Assembly: GCF_000281045.1 (NCBI RefSeq) | Contig: NW_008246079.1 | Coordinates: forward strand, 573,813 to 618,229 | Source: Saprolegnia diclina VS20 | Lineage: Eukaryota | Direction: 5' to 3' | DNA length: 44,417 nucleotides | Shown: positions 21,924 through 34,208 of the stretch, one piece after another | How the letters are laid out: each line of letters starts with the position of its first letter | How positions within the stretch are numbered: position 1 is the stretch's first letter | The notes under the pieces: model-generated | Seen by the model: only the letters and a program-made list of their open reading frames with translations | Database searches by the model: none | Told to the model about the DNA's origin: nothing | Position numbers and translations under genes: made by a program

Positions 21924-23598
21924 ATGCGGCGATCGTACGGCGCGCTCTTTGTGGCTCTTCACCTATGGGCCTGCGGTATGGTGTACGTCTTCTACGCCAT
22001 GCACCTGGCCGAGAGCGCGTCCTCGCCGCCAGCGCTGCGGCCAGTCTGGGCCATCGACGACTTTGAGTGCATTGGGTGGCAGTCCGCAGGCACGTGCGGC
22101 GACGAGCGCGACCAGCGCAACGCCTGCACCGAAGACCTAAAGCTTCCGGCGATGGGCGCGTGCGTAATCAGCAACAGGTCGTCGGGCGCTACCCTTACCG
22201 CCATGCGCTCGACATGCTCGTCGACCAAGCACTATGTCCAATACTCGTGCCGGGACGCGCGCGCCTTTATGGACTTTGGCCCGCTCTCGGAGCGCTATGT
22301 GCATACGCCGACTGCGCCAATCTTTACGCAGCCGTGGTACGCCCTCGGTACGACCATGCGGTCGCGACGTCATCCACAACGAGATGGTAGAGGGCGAACG
22401 GGGCATCGTCATGGTCGTCCAAAGCGCGTCGCTCGTGAGTGCGTTTGCCAGCATCCACTCACTCCGCGCCTTGGGCTGTTCCTTGCCAATCGAGTTGTGG
22501 TGCGTATTCTGTCACATTTGCCTGCTGCGGCTACATGCAAGTTGCAGGTATCGTAGCGACGAGACGGCGCTGACTGACCCGATCCTGACGTATCTTCTAT
22601 CGCACGACATGCTTCTATCGCTTCGCCGCATCCAAGACCCGCGCGCCACAGGCTTTTACACCAAGCCCTACGCTCTCTTCTACAGGTATTCCTTCTCGCG
22701 TAGCATCGCTGTACTCGATATGAGATAGTGCGTTCCAACATGTACTGCTGCTGGACACGGACAACTTTGCGATCGCGGACCCCACGTACCTCTTTGATCT
22801 ACCAGCGTACAAGGCCCACGGCGCGGTCTTCTGGCCCGACTTTTGGCAGCCGACCAACTCGATTTTCAACGTGCACAACGAAAGTCTTCTCTGGTACAGA
22901 CTATCAAGTTGATACAATCGAACACGATGCAGGGAGCTTCTGGACCTCCCGCCCGTCGATATGTTTGAACAAGAGAGTGGTCAAGTGCTCGTGGACCGGC
23001 GGCGGCACGAGCGAGCGCTGCACATGCTCATGTTTTACGCCATCGAGCGCCCGCCGCTCTTAACGCGCCTGCGCCTCGTCTGGGGCGACAAGGACCTCTA
23101 CCGCCTCGCGTGGCTCAAGACAAAGAGCAGCTTTCGCATGGTGGCACGGCCGCCAGGAGCCCTCGGTGTGCACCACCCGCAGTACCCTCGGTTTTGCGGG
23201 CTCAGCATGGTAACTCTATAATTGGGTGATGACGTGGCGACACGAGCGTCTTGTAGGTGCAGTACGACGACGTTGGCCGCGAGATCTTTTTTCACCGCAA
23301 CACGCGCAAGCTGTCGCGGGACGCGACGGCCAATGCGCGGTATCAATGGACGCACCTCCAGGCCTTCCGGTTAGCCGGGCGACTGACGAGTGAGTACCGG
23401 CCTGCGTCGTGGGACGGCTCCGAGCAGTACGGCGAAAGCGCGTGCTTCGGGGTTGAGCTCTACATGCACGCCAAGCTCGAGGATGGATCGCCCGCCTACG
23501 ATGTGATCGCGATCAAGGACACGCCGTTTGCGCATGTCGAGGCGACGCTTCTCGGCTACGCACGCATCGCACTGCAGCTTGCAAAGCCCGCGAAATAA
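21924..23598 (+). CDS. GT71 (MNN1/MNN2-like) alpha-mannosyltransferase-family protein (6 exons)
   Basis: Introns 22348-22390, 22500-22547, 22686-22728, 22894-22932 and 23210-23256. TM anchor plus motifs RGIVM, SLRALGCSLPIELW, LLLDTDN (DxD), VFWPDFW, EQESGQVLVD, VWGDKDLYRLAW and IFFHRN. Confidence 0.88.
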
Positions 23599-23960
23599 GA
23601 GCACTGCCTTGCGCCCCAATGTGCGGAACCGTGCACGTACGACACTAATGACGTGGCAGAGTAGCATGCCAGTTTGCACTTGGGCATGTCGTTTCGAGTG
23701 GAGAGGGGGTGGAGCTTCTTTGTTGAGAGACGCGGTTGGACTCGTCAACTCAGTTCGAGCATCCTCTGTCGCCGACCGCACCTTGCCACGTGATGCAAGC
23801 GACATGGCAATGGGCGTCAAGCACGCTTGGTTGGCGGAGGGTGGCACTAGCAGATGCACGTCAGCATACCAGTTGTAGACTCGTCCATCATTACACGGCC
23901 GTATCTGTTTGGGATGATATCGGTACGAAAGCACAGGCTATCTTTAGTCGCGTTGGGTGC

Positions 23961-26832
23961 ATGCTCTTGCGGCCGCTCGAGGCCGAGGTCCACCACGCGC
24001 GGCGGCTCGTGGCTTCCATGCGCTGCGTCGTCGTCGTCTCTGAGTTTTTTCATTTGCTCGGCCCGGCGCTATCGGCGCACGTCCGGCGCTTTGACGTCGC
24101 GGCCGCCGTCCGTACCTCGCCCCGCACGGTCTCGTGCCGGTATTCATGCGTCCGTCTGCTGCTGCTCAGTCGTGTGGTGTAGCCGCTTTCGGTCCAAAAT
24201 GGCCACGCGAATCCAACGGCGGTGGCGCGGGTGCGTGCAGCGTCTCATGAGCCAGAGCCCTGAGGCACTCGACCAGGTTTGTGCGCCGGCGCCGCTTCTT
24301 TCGTGCACTGTACGCCCACAAGCGCCACAGCACCAAACGAGGTTCTCCGTAGCAACACACCTCGTATGACGACACTGGGCTAGGCATGGCCAAGTTTGAG
24401 CGCGCGGCACGAACGCTTCAGCGCGTCTACCGCGGGTATCGTTGTCGGCAGTGGCTTTTGCGCCGAGCCAAGGACGCCCTGCGCGGCCCGTAATGCATCT
24501 CTGACAGACTTTATCGACACTGATGAGATGGCGCAAGGAGCATATACGGAGGCGACGCGCGCCTCGTGTATAGGCCACCCGACCGCCTCTGCACTCGTCT
24601 CGAACGACTCCGGGAGCGCCGGATAGCGTACCAAATGACGTGGCACGAGCTGCTCGCGTTGCAAGCCAAGCGCGACGCTCTTCTAGCGACCCACGTGGCG
24701 CTGCAAGCGCAGCTGCAGGATGCCAACGGCAACGGTACACCACAGCGTTTGCTTGTCCTTGTGCAGGTTTTGGCTCTAGACGTCGCGACGTCCCTCATTG
24801 ATGGGTTTCCATCAACCTATGCGCCGACGATTGTCAGCAACGTATTTGCGATGGCTGCGGACGCTCTGTTTGACCACTGATGTCTTAGTTTCTCAGCCGG
24901 CGGCTCCCGACGTTGCAGCGCGACGTCGACGCAACGCGCGTCGCGCTCTTGTACGAGCGCCTCGTGCAGCCGCTGCTGCACACCGCCGTCACCCTCGTCT
25001 CGGCTCGGTACATACCAATGTGCGTCTCACGTGGCAAGTGCCATACGCTGGTGTGCGCAGGCTCCGCATGCGGCCCGTGCGGTCGGCCTTTTTCATCCGC
25101 CGCTCCATCTACCGCGCGTGTGAGATCCGGTAGGATATTCGCTAAGAAGTGAATGGGTCTCGACGTTGCTGCCTGTAGGCGCGCCACGTCACATGCCGCC
25201 TGTCTCTTGCGGCTCACGACCAATATGCAGCGACGGCACCTCGAGGACGCAGTGGCGGCGGCCACCACGCTCGCGAGCTGGTGGCGCATGCTCCAAGCGA
25301 TCGCGATTCGCCTCCAACTCCGGCGCGCCCACGCCTTGCGGCAGCTTGGCGTTGTCACGTACATGCTCCTGCGCTCCAAGCCCATCGCCCATGCCGCGCG
25401 CTACACCGTCCACCGACGCCACGTTGAGGTACGTCACCACCGTCGGCATGGGCTTGTCACTGACGTAATCAGCTGCGCATTCGACAACGCGTGTGGCGCC
25501 GCCTGCTCGGGGCCTTTTTTGGCGGCTGGCGACAGTTTGTGGCGATCGTCCAACACGACCGCCTGCGCCGACGACAACTCTACGAAGACGGGCTAAGGAA
25601 GGGAATGCACCGGGCTGCTGCGTCGATCCAGCGTACCACGCGCCGGTACTTGGTCGACGCCCGCCCGCGCTACTTGGAGCACGTTCGGAACGACCTCCAC
25701 CCGCTCGTCGCGCGTTACGAGTCGCAGTGGCGGGACGCGGGGACGGTGCCCGCGGCATTCGTGGTGTCGACGTTGACGGCGGACATGGCCGCGCGCTGCG
25801 ATGCGACCAACGACGAGATATGGGCGACATGCGCCATCGAGTACTCCTTGCCGTATACGCGTCTCGACCCGCTCTCGACGTGGTTGCCCGACGCGCTCCA
25901 GCGTTGCTTTGGGTACGTCGTCGGTCCTCATCCGTGCGTGGCAAAACGGCTGACAGTGGTGGTTCAGAGCGAGCGTGGCGACGCGTGTCGAGCGCTGGCC
26001 GTGGCGCGGGCTCTTCCTATCCTTTCTCGAGCGCGTGAGCGCATGGTTCCGGCACGAGAGCGACCGGCCTGCGCAGCGACTCGACATCGAGAGCCGCGTC
26101 GAGGCATCGTGTGTGATGCTATCGTACGCTGCCTACCTCGCAGGGTCGCGCCGCCTGCCGTTGCATCACGGTACGACGGCACGACTGCTTCTGGTAGCAG
26201 CACTCGGTGCGTAGATGCACGCGCGCTCCTGGCCGAGTGGGCGCGCGCGACCGATGCGCGACGGCGCCTCGTGGCCTCGCCAGCAACGACGGACCCACGC
26301 ACGCTCGCATCGTACGGCACGTTTCATCGCGAGATGGGCTTGCACAAGACGCTGTGTGACCACTGCTGGGCCATGCTCGAGGTCGAGCGACATGCCACTG
26401 CGTGCGCCACGTGCGGCCACACGTTCATCGAGCGTCCGACCGCTTCGTCGATGGCTAATGCCGACGGTACTACGACCACAGTGCGCGGCAATGGTGGTCG
26501 ACGCTGCTTGTAGCGGTCGAGCCCATCGACTTGCTTGTCTTGCACGCCTTCTTCCATGCCATGGCGCCCGTCGGCCACGCGAACCGCCTACGCCCCGTTC
26601 CTTCTGTGTGGAAGGCTGCCACGGCGCATGCGCTGCCGTGGATCGAGGTACGGCGATCGCGTCCTGTGGCCCATGATGAAGCTGTCGGTAGACGCTGTAC
26701 GAGCATGGTCTGCGCACGCTCTCTGATGCGATGCGCTGCCCCAAGCAGCTCGTGTCCAATGACGTCGGGCTACCTCGAGCAGTGCATGCCACGTTGCTGC
26801 TTTTCGTACATCAACTCGGGCGACGCATGTGA
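23961..26832 (+). CDS. Multi-exon hypothetical protein with IQ-like motifs and a CxxC...CxxC Zn-ribbon (exon structure only partly resolved)
   Basis: Intron 24140-24182 joins to MATRIQRRWRG. Further IQ-like AAASIQRTTRRYL near 25615 and LCDHCW...ACATCGH near 26350-26420. Several more GT..AG gaps of about 45-55 nt separate coding-like segments. Start and end are approximate. Confidence 0.55.
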
Positions 26833-26902
26833 ATCACTCGTATATTACTGCACGTCGTTGGAGGAGTTGGAGGAGTTGCCAAGTGACGCGGACAGGAGCT
26901 GC

Positions 26903-27609
26903 TTACTTGCGCAGCTTGAGCAAGAGGCTCTTGTTGCTCTTGATCTTCTTCTGAAGCTGCAACATGCCGTACAACAAGGCCTCGGCCGTGGGCGGGCAGC
27001 CCGGGACGTAAATGTCGACGGGAATAATACGGTCGACACCACGCACCACCGAGTACGAGTAGTGGTAGTAGCTATTCCAATCGACGCATGAGCATATCCT
27101 GTCAAGAGACAAGCCAACGTACCCGCCACCGTTGGCGCAACTGCCCATGGACACGACGTAGCGGGGCTCCGGCATCTGATCGTAGACGCGGCGGAAGGCG
27201 GGCGCCATCTTATTTGTCAAGGTGCCGGCCACAATCATCACATCCGACTGACGGGGACTGGCACGGAAGACCATACCCATGCGCTCGAAATCGTAGCGCG
27301 AGCCGGCCGTGTGCATCATTTCGACGGCGCAGCAAGCAAGACCGAAGGTCATGGGCCACATCGAGCCACGACGCGCCCAGTTGACGAGGTCGTCAACCTT
27401 GCTCACAACGTACTCTACAGCAGCATGGCGTCAGATGGAGCTTGGCGCATGATGCACGACGTACCGACGCTGTTCTTGGCGTTGTTGGGGGCCATGAGGT
27501 CCGAGACGCTGGCGCGCGGCGAGAGCTCCGCGTTCGTGGCGAAGGGCGCAGCGGCCGACGAGGAGCGAGCCGCGAGCGCCGACGTGCGACCCAAGGAGCG
27601 AGCGAGCAT
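26903..27609 (-). CDS. NDUFS7: NADH:ubiquinone oxidoreductase PSST/20 kDa Fe-S subunit (3 exons)
   Basis: [78 protein letters not shown]. Presequence [15 protein letters not shown]. Introns 27415-27464 and 27072-27122. Confidence 0.97.
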
Positions 27610-28475
27610 GGCGACGAAGGGAAGATGGAAAACAGGCGCCTTGGCAACCGTCCAATGGAGGGCTCGTCTCGCAAGTTCGCGCACCTGGCATTCGCTAGCG
27701 ACGCAATATGAAGTCCACAGCGTTTCGCACTGAAATAGTGTGGTTTCATTTTCTTGAACGCCCTTGTCCTTGGCCAGAGAGCGCACACGCACTCGTGGAC
27801 ACGATCGAGGTACAATAGTTCAGCGTTGTTCCTATTCATCACGCAGGTCCCGATCGACCCCGGTCCTCGCCACAGGGTGCGACTACAGTGGCGAGTGCGA
27901 AATGATTACGCCATCACACACCTCAGAAATAGTGTGTGGGCAGGGCCCATGGAAGGTTTAAGCGATGGCGACTGCCCGGTGGATGCGTCGAGGAGCGCAT
28001 GGACCGGTGCTTCAACCTAAGTATGTGTGCGCATGCTTTGGGCCGTCGCATGCTTGCGGCGGTGACGATTGCGCGTCGCCGGCTTGCGCTTGCCCTTGTC
28101 GTCAATGGCAAGGCGAACTTGACACGCGCGCACCGGCACGAACGAGGGGTAGGGAATCGCCGAAGGTTTGGTCGCGAGGCCGTGGGCCGAAAATAAGCCT
28201 TAAACGAGGCGCTTATAAATCGGACATGTCCGAATTGGCGGCGCCGGCCATTCTATTTCGTTACATACAGAACGCAAGGTGTTTGGATCAGCTGCGATGG
28301 GGTGTAATCATGCGCGTCTGCTGGCCTTTTATATCGCGTTGCATTTTAATGCCAACGATTTGCTTTTACCTTGGTGTTTGTATCCAATCGTGAATCGGGC
28401 GCATTAAAATGCGAGTAGAAAAGGTGCACCTACCTGTTCGTAGGTTTCGACTTGCGCAAAACTCGAGAGGCGACG

Positions 28476-29351
28476 ATGCTCAAGCGCACGCTCCCGACGT
28501 CGACGCCGGCCGAGTACCCGAGCAAGATCCAGATCTTGTACCCGCGCCCGGACCAGAGCGGGCCGCGGGACGCCGCCGACGACGCCAAGCCCTTCGGCGC
28601 GTACTACTCGCCGCACCTGCCACCGAGCCTGCCGCCGCAGCGAGCGCACTATGGCGAGTGGCCCAAGCCGCAGTGGGAGCCATCGATGGAGCACAGCGAG
28701 AGCGGCAAGCCAATGCTGTACCCGCGCAGCCACGACGACCAAAGCGCTTTGCAACACAACACGCCGCAACAACAGCATTTGCACCCTCCGCAGCAGCAGC
28801 AGCATCAACACCAACATGCGCATCTGCAACATCACGCCAATGCTGGGCCCGCGATGAAGCGGTCGTGGCGGGAGATGGAAGAGCATTTTGTGTGGCAGCG
28901 CGAGACCAAGCGCCGCGAAGACGAGTTTGACGACGCACCGATCCTCGCGGCCTCGACGCCACCGCCCGAGCCCGTGTCGTCACCGACGTCGTCGGACGTG
29001 CTCGAGAAGGACGACGAGAAGCTTCTGAGCAAGGCGTCGGCCGGGAAGAAGCGCAACCGCATGAAGGACGAGATCGACACGTTGCGAAAAGAGATCTTTG
29101 CCATGACCAAGCAGATCGACACGTTGAAGGCGCACCATACTGGGAAGCACGCGCCGCGCGGGAAGGTGCTCTGGGCCGACATTGCCAAGCAGCAGGAGGC
29201 CGAGCTCGGCCGCGTCGTGCACGAAAACCAGCAGCTCCGGCAGACGCTCGAGGAGCACCTCGGCATTGCGCAAGACTACCTCGACTCCATTTTGCCCAAG
29301 CAGCCGCCGACCAAAGACGTCTCGGCGCTCCCCGTCATTATGTGTCTCTAG
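28476..29351 (+). CDS. Pro/Gln/His-rich protein with a basic + coiled-coil region resembling oomycete M96/bZIP-like proteins (5' end may include an upstream exon)
   Basis: KKRNRMKDEIDTLRKEIFAMTKQIDTLK...LWADIAKQQEAELGRVVHENQQLRQTLEEH, and a QQQQHQHQH tract. An acceptor-like TTCGTAG ends at 28443. Confidence 0.7.
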   Translation: MLKRTLPTSTPAEYPSKIQILYPRPDQSGPRDAADDAKPFGAYYSPHLPPSLPPQRAHYGEWPKPQWEPSMEHSESGKPMLYPRSHDDQSALQHNTPQQQHLHPPQQQQHQHQHAHLQHHANAGPAMKRSWREMEEHFVWQRETKRREDEFDDAPILAASTPPPEPVSSPTSSDVLEKDDEKLLSKASAGKKRNRMKDEIDTLRKEIFAMTKQIDTLKAHHTGKHAPRGKVLWADIAKQQEAELGRVVHENQQLRQTLEEHLGIAQDYLDSILPKQPPTKDVSALPVIMCL

Positions 29352-29733
29352 AAGCTCCTATTCCCGTACCAATAAATTCTCCAAGCTCTCTGCTCCTTGC
29401 CAAGGATCTAGCCGGATCCGACTCGAGAGTCAGTCGTCGAACGCGGGATGAGGTGCTCGCCATTACGTCGCCAGCGATGATACTCGTACGCGCAATCACT
29501 GCTTTGAGACTTCGCTCGAGTCGAACCACTCCGACTATAGTATCCTTGAAGTTAGAGTTGGACTGTAGAACTGACACCTTGGTCCCCAACTGTTCTATTT
29601 CAACACCTAGAGTATATAGTTTAGTCGAACTCGTCAGATAGTCGTCTCGACCAGAAAAGACAATATTGGGTGGAGAGGAACACAGCAGAGTGCACGCTGC
29701 CAAGGAACAGTTTGATTGCAGAGGTTACACTCT

Positions 29734-31317
29734 TTACGCCGCCTGGTGGAGCTCGGGCTCTTCGTAGTTGAAGAACTGGACTTCCGCGAGGTGCTCCTGG
29801 GGCTTGGCGAAGCGTTCGAGACCCACTTTGTCCCAGACCTGGATGAGCGACTCGACCAGATGGTCCATCATCTCGGGCGTGTGCGTGGGCGACGGCGTGA
29901 TGCGGAGACGCTCCTCACCACGCGGCACGGTCGGGAAGTTGATGGGCTGGATGTAAATGTCGTGCTTCTCCATCAAGAGCTGGCTCGCCTGCTTGACCTT
30001 GATCGCGTCACCGACCATGAGAGGAATGATGTGGCTCACGCTCGGAAGGAGCGGGAAGCCGAGGTCCACGAGGCGCACCTTGAGCTCGGCCGAGTTGGCG
30101 TGCATCGCGATGCGCTCTTCCTGGGACTCCTTCAAATGCGAGATCGAAGCGATCGCGCCAGCCGCCAGCATCGGAGGAATCGACGTCGTGAAGATGAAGC
30201 CGGGGGCCGTCGAACGGAACGCGTCGACAAGCGCGGCCGAGCCGGCAATGTAGCCGCCCATGATGCCATAGCCCTTGGCAAGCGTCCCCGTGATCATCGT
30301 GATGCGGTCCATGCAGTGGTCGCGCTCCGCGACGCCGGCGCCGCGGTTGCCGTAGAGGCCGACCGCGTGCACTTCGTCGCAGAACGTCATGGCGCCGTAC
30401 TTGTCGGCAAGGTCGCAAATCTCGTTCATGGGTGCGATCGTGCCCTCCATCGAGTTGACGCTCTCGAAGAGGATGAGCTTCGGCGCGTTCGGGTCGGCGG
30501 CCTTGAGCTTGGCCTCGAGGTCTTCAAGGCTGTTGTGCTTGTAGATGTGCTTCTCGCACTTGGAGTGGATGATGCCCTCAATCATGGACGCATGGTTGAA
30601 CTCGTCCGAGAACATGACAAGGCCCGGGAAGATCTTGCCGAGCGTCGCGATCGTCGAGTCGTTGCAGACGTAGCACGACGTGAAGAGGAGCGCGCCTTCC
30701 GTCTTGTGCAAGTCGGCGAGCTCCTTCTCGAGGAGCACGTGGTTGTGGTTCGTGCCCGAGATGTTGCGGGTGCCACCGGCGCCACCGCCCGACTTGAAGA
30801 GGAACTCCTGCATCGCGCCGACGACCTTGGGGTGCTGGCCCATGGCGAGGTAGTCGTTCGCGCACCACGCAATCACTTCCTTGGTCTTTGTCGGCGACTC
30901 GTGGTACGTGGCCTTGGGGAATTCACCGCGCTTGCGCTCGAGGTCGGCAAACTGGCGGTACCGGCCTTCGCTCTTGATGCGCGAGATGGTCTTCTGGAAC
31001 CCGCGCTCGTACTCGTCGTGGCTGAGACCGCCGAGGCGCTCGTACTTGCCGGCCGGGCGGCGGTACGGCTGCACCTTCTTGGGAGCCGGCGTGGGCTTGG
31101 CGAACGGCGCCGTGAACGTCACCTCCTGGAACTTGGTCGTGATCGCCTCGGCCTCCTGCGCCTGGTTCTGCATCATGGTCGACATGTGCGGGCACATCTT
31201 GGCGAGCTTGGCGATGTTGGGCACAAGCGCCTGCTTGGTGACGCTGGACGCGTGCATGAAGGGGCAGGCCTTGGCGAGCTGGCGCGAGGCGACGACGCTG
31301 GACCGGGTCAGAGCCAT
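29734..31317 (-). CDS. HEM1: 5-aminolevulinate synthase, mitochondrial (C4/Shemin pathway), intronless
   Basis: [57 protein letters not shown] (PLP lysine), [32 protein letters not shown]. Confidence 0.97.
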   Translation of the reverse strand: MALTRSSVVASRQLAKACPFMHASSVTKQALVPNIAKLAKMCPHMSTMMQNQAQEAEAITTKFQEVTFTAPFAKPTPAPKKVQPYRRPAGKYERLGGLSHDEYERGFQKTISRIKSEGRYRQFADLERKRGEFPKATYHESPTKTKEVIAWCANDYLAMGQHPKVVGAMQEFLFKSGGGAGGTRNISGTNHNHVLLEKELADLHKTEGALLFTSCYVCNDSTIATLGKIFPGLVMFSDEFNHASMIEGIIHSKCEKHIYKHNSLEDLEAKLKAADPNAPKLILFESVNSMEGTIAPMNEICDLADKYGAMTFCDEVHAVGLYGNRGAGVAERDHCMDRITMITGTLAKGYGIMGGYIAGSAALVDAFRSTAPGFIFTTSIPPMLAAGAIASISHLKESQEERIAMHANSAELKVRLVDLGFPLLPSVSHIIPLMVGDAIKVKQASQLLMEKHDIYIQPINFPTVPRGEERLRITPSPTHTPEMMDHLVESLIQVWDKVGLERFAKPQEHLAEVQFFNYEEPELHQAA

Positions 31318-31345
31318 GGTTCGATCGTAGTGGTACCGAAGGCCG

Positions 31346-31363
31346 GGGAAATCGAAGAATGGG
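31346..31363 (-). promoter_or_regulatory. Oomycete Inr+FPR core-promoter-like motif for ALAS
   Basis: Minus strand reads CCCATTCTTCGATTTCCC, about 30-45 nt upstream of the ATG. It resembles the YCAYTYY...MWTTTNC consensus, with an AT-rich tract further upstream (about 31425-31610). Confidence 0.5.
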
Positions 31364-32441
31364 TCGAGCGTTCGATGCCTTCAACCGCGGTATACAAAGA
31401 TGCAGTCCTCGGGCGTCCTGCGTCAATTAATTTGCCTATTTTTTTTACTTTACGCTTTCGAATACGGGGGAAACTGCGTGAAAAATGAAAATTAATAATT
31501 ATTTTATGACGAACGTCACAGAAATACGCTGCATTGCACATGGCTACCATGGGGTATATTATTTTTGTTTGGTGAGTATACACTTGGCGTTTGTATGTAT
31601 TTTTATGGAAAACCTACAACGGATGAGAATTTTTATGTGGCCAGTGGACTTTGTCAGCCACGAGTTCATTCGCATCCGGCTGCTCGCGAAGCGGCGCCTG
31701 AATTAAATGTGTTTGTTCTGATTTATCAGTCGAAACGACTTTGAGGACTGGCTGTGTACCTTCTCTTCACCTTGCAGGGTTGCATGGCGACGGGCGGGTT
31801 GCCGTCTCGTTCAAGTCGTGTCGGCTACTCTTCCGCGCTCCTCGTGGTATTACCACCCACTACGCACCGCAATCGCTGCGATTATGGCTACACCATAAAC
31901 CTTGTGATTAGCCGCAGCTCGACGGCGACGATCGACGTCGATCTTGAGTTTCAAGTTGCGAGGACGATGACGAGGCTCCAGTTGCCAACCAAATCCAGCC
32001 GGCGAGGGCGCGTGTGATTGGTGGAAAAGAGTGTCCCAGCAATTGAACGGCCGGTGGAAGAACGAGGCGTTCGCCGAGCTTCCACGTGCGTCTTCATGTG
32101 CCGTCCAGCGCTCACGCTTGATCGAGCCCGAGCGCGATAAGCGTCATCGGTCACGTACGCACTGTGTCGATCCAACTCTCGCCTTGCAGCGCACTCAAAT
32201 AGTGTATGTAAGGCACGCTTTTAGACAGCACCAACACCATCATATGTTAACATTCTCGCAGCGACTTGGAGCGTGCGCACTTCCTACTTGTGTTGAAAGT
32301 GCATGCTCGAGGTGGGTTGCGGCCCGAGTGATCGCGTCTGGGGGCGCCGCTCATGGATTCTTGTATGACACTATTTGAAGTACGATGCCCATCAAATCAG
32401 GAGTCTAAAAATAGACGTGGTCGGCGCGGCACCCAAGTGCA

Positions 32442-34027
32442 ATGTCAGCGGCAGGCAACCCCCTCGAGAAAGATGGGATCGAGTCCTTCCGCATCGCAGC
32501 CCAGCGCGCGCTCAAGGACCAGAAGGTGCAGTATGAGCTCGAGCAGCAGGTGGTCGAGCTCGGTCGGCTCCAAGTCGAAAACAAGGCGCTCCATACGCGC
32601 GTCAAGGAGCTCCAGACCGCGCTCGAGGCGGGCATTGAAGACCGTGAGCGTGTCATTCTCTTCAAGATGAAGCGGATCGACGAGCTCCAAGAGAAGCTAG
32701 CCATGTAGTCCGGTCCACGTTGTCGATTACTGATTGAACTGTACATAGTCTGGAGACCGAAGCGCTGCAGCAGACGAACGGCGCGATTCGGGCCATGCAG
32801 GAAAAACTGGATGCCATGACACAAGATCGGGATATGTACTTTGCCAAGTACAAGGAAGCGGACGAGCTCCTTGACGAGATGCGATCGTTCAAGGCTGTAA
32901 AGGAGGGGATGCAGCGTGACATTGACCGACTGACGCGCGAGCGCAACGACCTTCAGCACCAGCTTGTGAGCCAGGTGACTGAGCTCGAGAAGAAGAGCAT
33001 TACCGACATCCAGCGCATGCGCAAGCAACAAGAAGACGAGGTCCTTCGAACGCGCGACGACATGCACAAGATGATGACCGAGAGGTAGACACGGCAGTGT
33101 TGAGCGACTCGGGTTTACCCGACTGCATATGTAGCCTCGATGGCACGACGCGTCGCGCCGTCGAAGAGAACGAACGCCTTACGCTCGAACTTCGGTACCA
33201 GTCGTCCAAGATTGAAAAGCTCATCAAGCAGACCGATGCTCTCTTGCGGGAAAAGCAAGAGCAGCGCAACAACACGGATGTACGATCCTATATGTTCCTA
33301 CAGGTTTGGGTTGACACACCTCTTCGTGCCTAGATTCTATCAGAAATGACGGAAACGTTGTCCCGCAAAGTCAAATTTTACGAAAAATTATTTCAGTACG
33401 GCACGATTCGTCCACCTCTGTACCTTGGATGCAAACTATTACTAGAAAAATGCACTACAAGGAGCGCATGGCCGTCGAGCAGCAGCTTGTGGCGGCCCAG
33501 CAGGCAAGTATCGCGGACAAGCAAATCAAGTACGACCTCGTGCACGGCCGCACGTCGCCGTCCAAGCAAACTGCAGCGCCCGAAGCAGAACCCACGCTAT
33601 TGGATCCCGGTACGCCGTGGAAAGAGGCGCTCGAGACGCATCTCGAAGCGCGAAGCAAGACCCAGCGCAGTATCGGAATCGTCTTGCAGTACAACCGGTT
33701 CATGGCCGTAACCACGCTTCGGTCGTGTAAAAGTCTCATCGAGGCATCGGGTAGGGCGGCGACCACCCCTTGATACCGCACAAGCCGAGCCCGGGACGCA
33801 AGGCCAAGAAAACTGTAATGGCGCGCCGCTTCATGACCGTAGGACGACCTCCCAATGTCTGCTGGATGCAGCAATGAACGACGGTGTAGGCCCAAGCGAT
33901 TGAGACGGTGCGACTGCCCAACCTCACGGAAACCGAGACGCCGCTCAAATTTGTGTCCAAGTGCGAATACCTCGACTCGACGTCCCCGCGGCGACCCCGC
34001 GAAAGCCCCAAGACGGCGCGTATATAG
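32442..34027 (+). CDS. Coiled-coil protein, cilia- and flagella-associated protein 157-like (7 exons)
   Basis: Introns 32705-32748, 33085-33134, 33280-33333, 33396-33445, 33708-33754 and 33839-33889 give one frame. Segment SLDGTTRRAVEENERLTLELRYQSSKIEKLIKQ...LSRKVKFYEK resembles the CFAP157 conserved region as recalled. Confidence 0.65.
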
Positions 34028-34208
34028 TCGTGCACTCAACCCTAACCTCGTATCGTCATCATACTCGGCTCTTATGGCCTCGATAAACGGCGGCCAAACA
34101 AATTATTATCGATTTGGAGTGAACACCCACTGCACAAAAGGAAGTATACCAACTTCCTTTATAAACATGTGCACAAAATTGTCATTATTGTATGAGCTAC
34201 GAAAGCAA

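Noticed and set aside
29338..29703. 121-aa minus ORF downstream of ALAS
   Set aside because: It has a non-ATG start, codon usage unlike neighbouring genes, and lies in the convergent 3' UTR interval.
26903..31317. Apparent mitochondrial gene cluster (NDUFS7 and ALAS here, plus the GFA and CX9C genes elsewhere in the window)
   Set aside because: The genes are interspersed with unrelated genes and I saw no shared motif. This is expected by chance in a gene-dense genome.
29716..31488. 590-aa + strand ORF, and similar long antisense ORFs over the 1747-aa, 1677-aa and PhoD genes
   Set aside because: These are shadow ORFs produced by strong C/G third-position bias on the opposite coding strand, with no recognisable motifs.
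31636..31662. CAGTGG inside a GTGGC...GCCAC stem near ALAS, considered as an iron-responsive element
   Set aside because: It is on the wrong strand for ALAS, lies upstream of the likely transcription start, and the bases flanking CAGTGG do not form the IRE upper stem.
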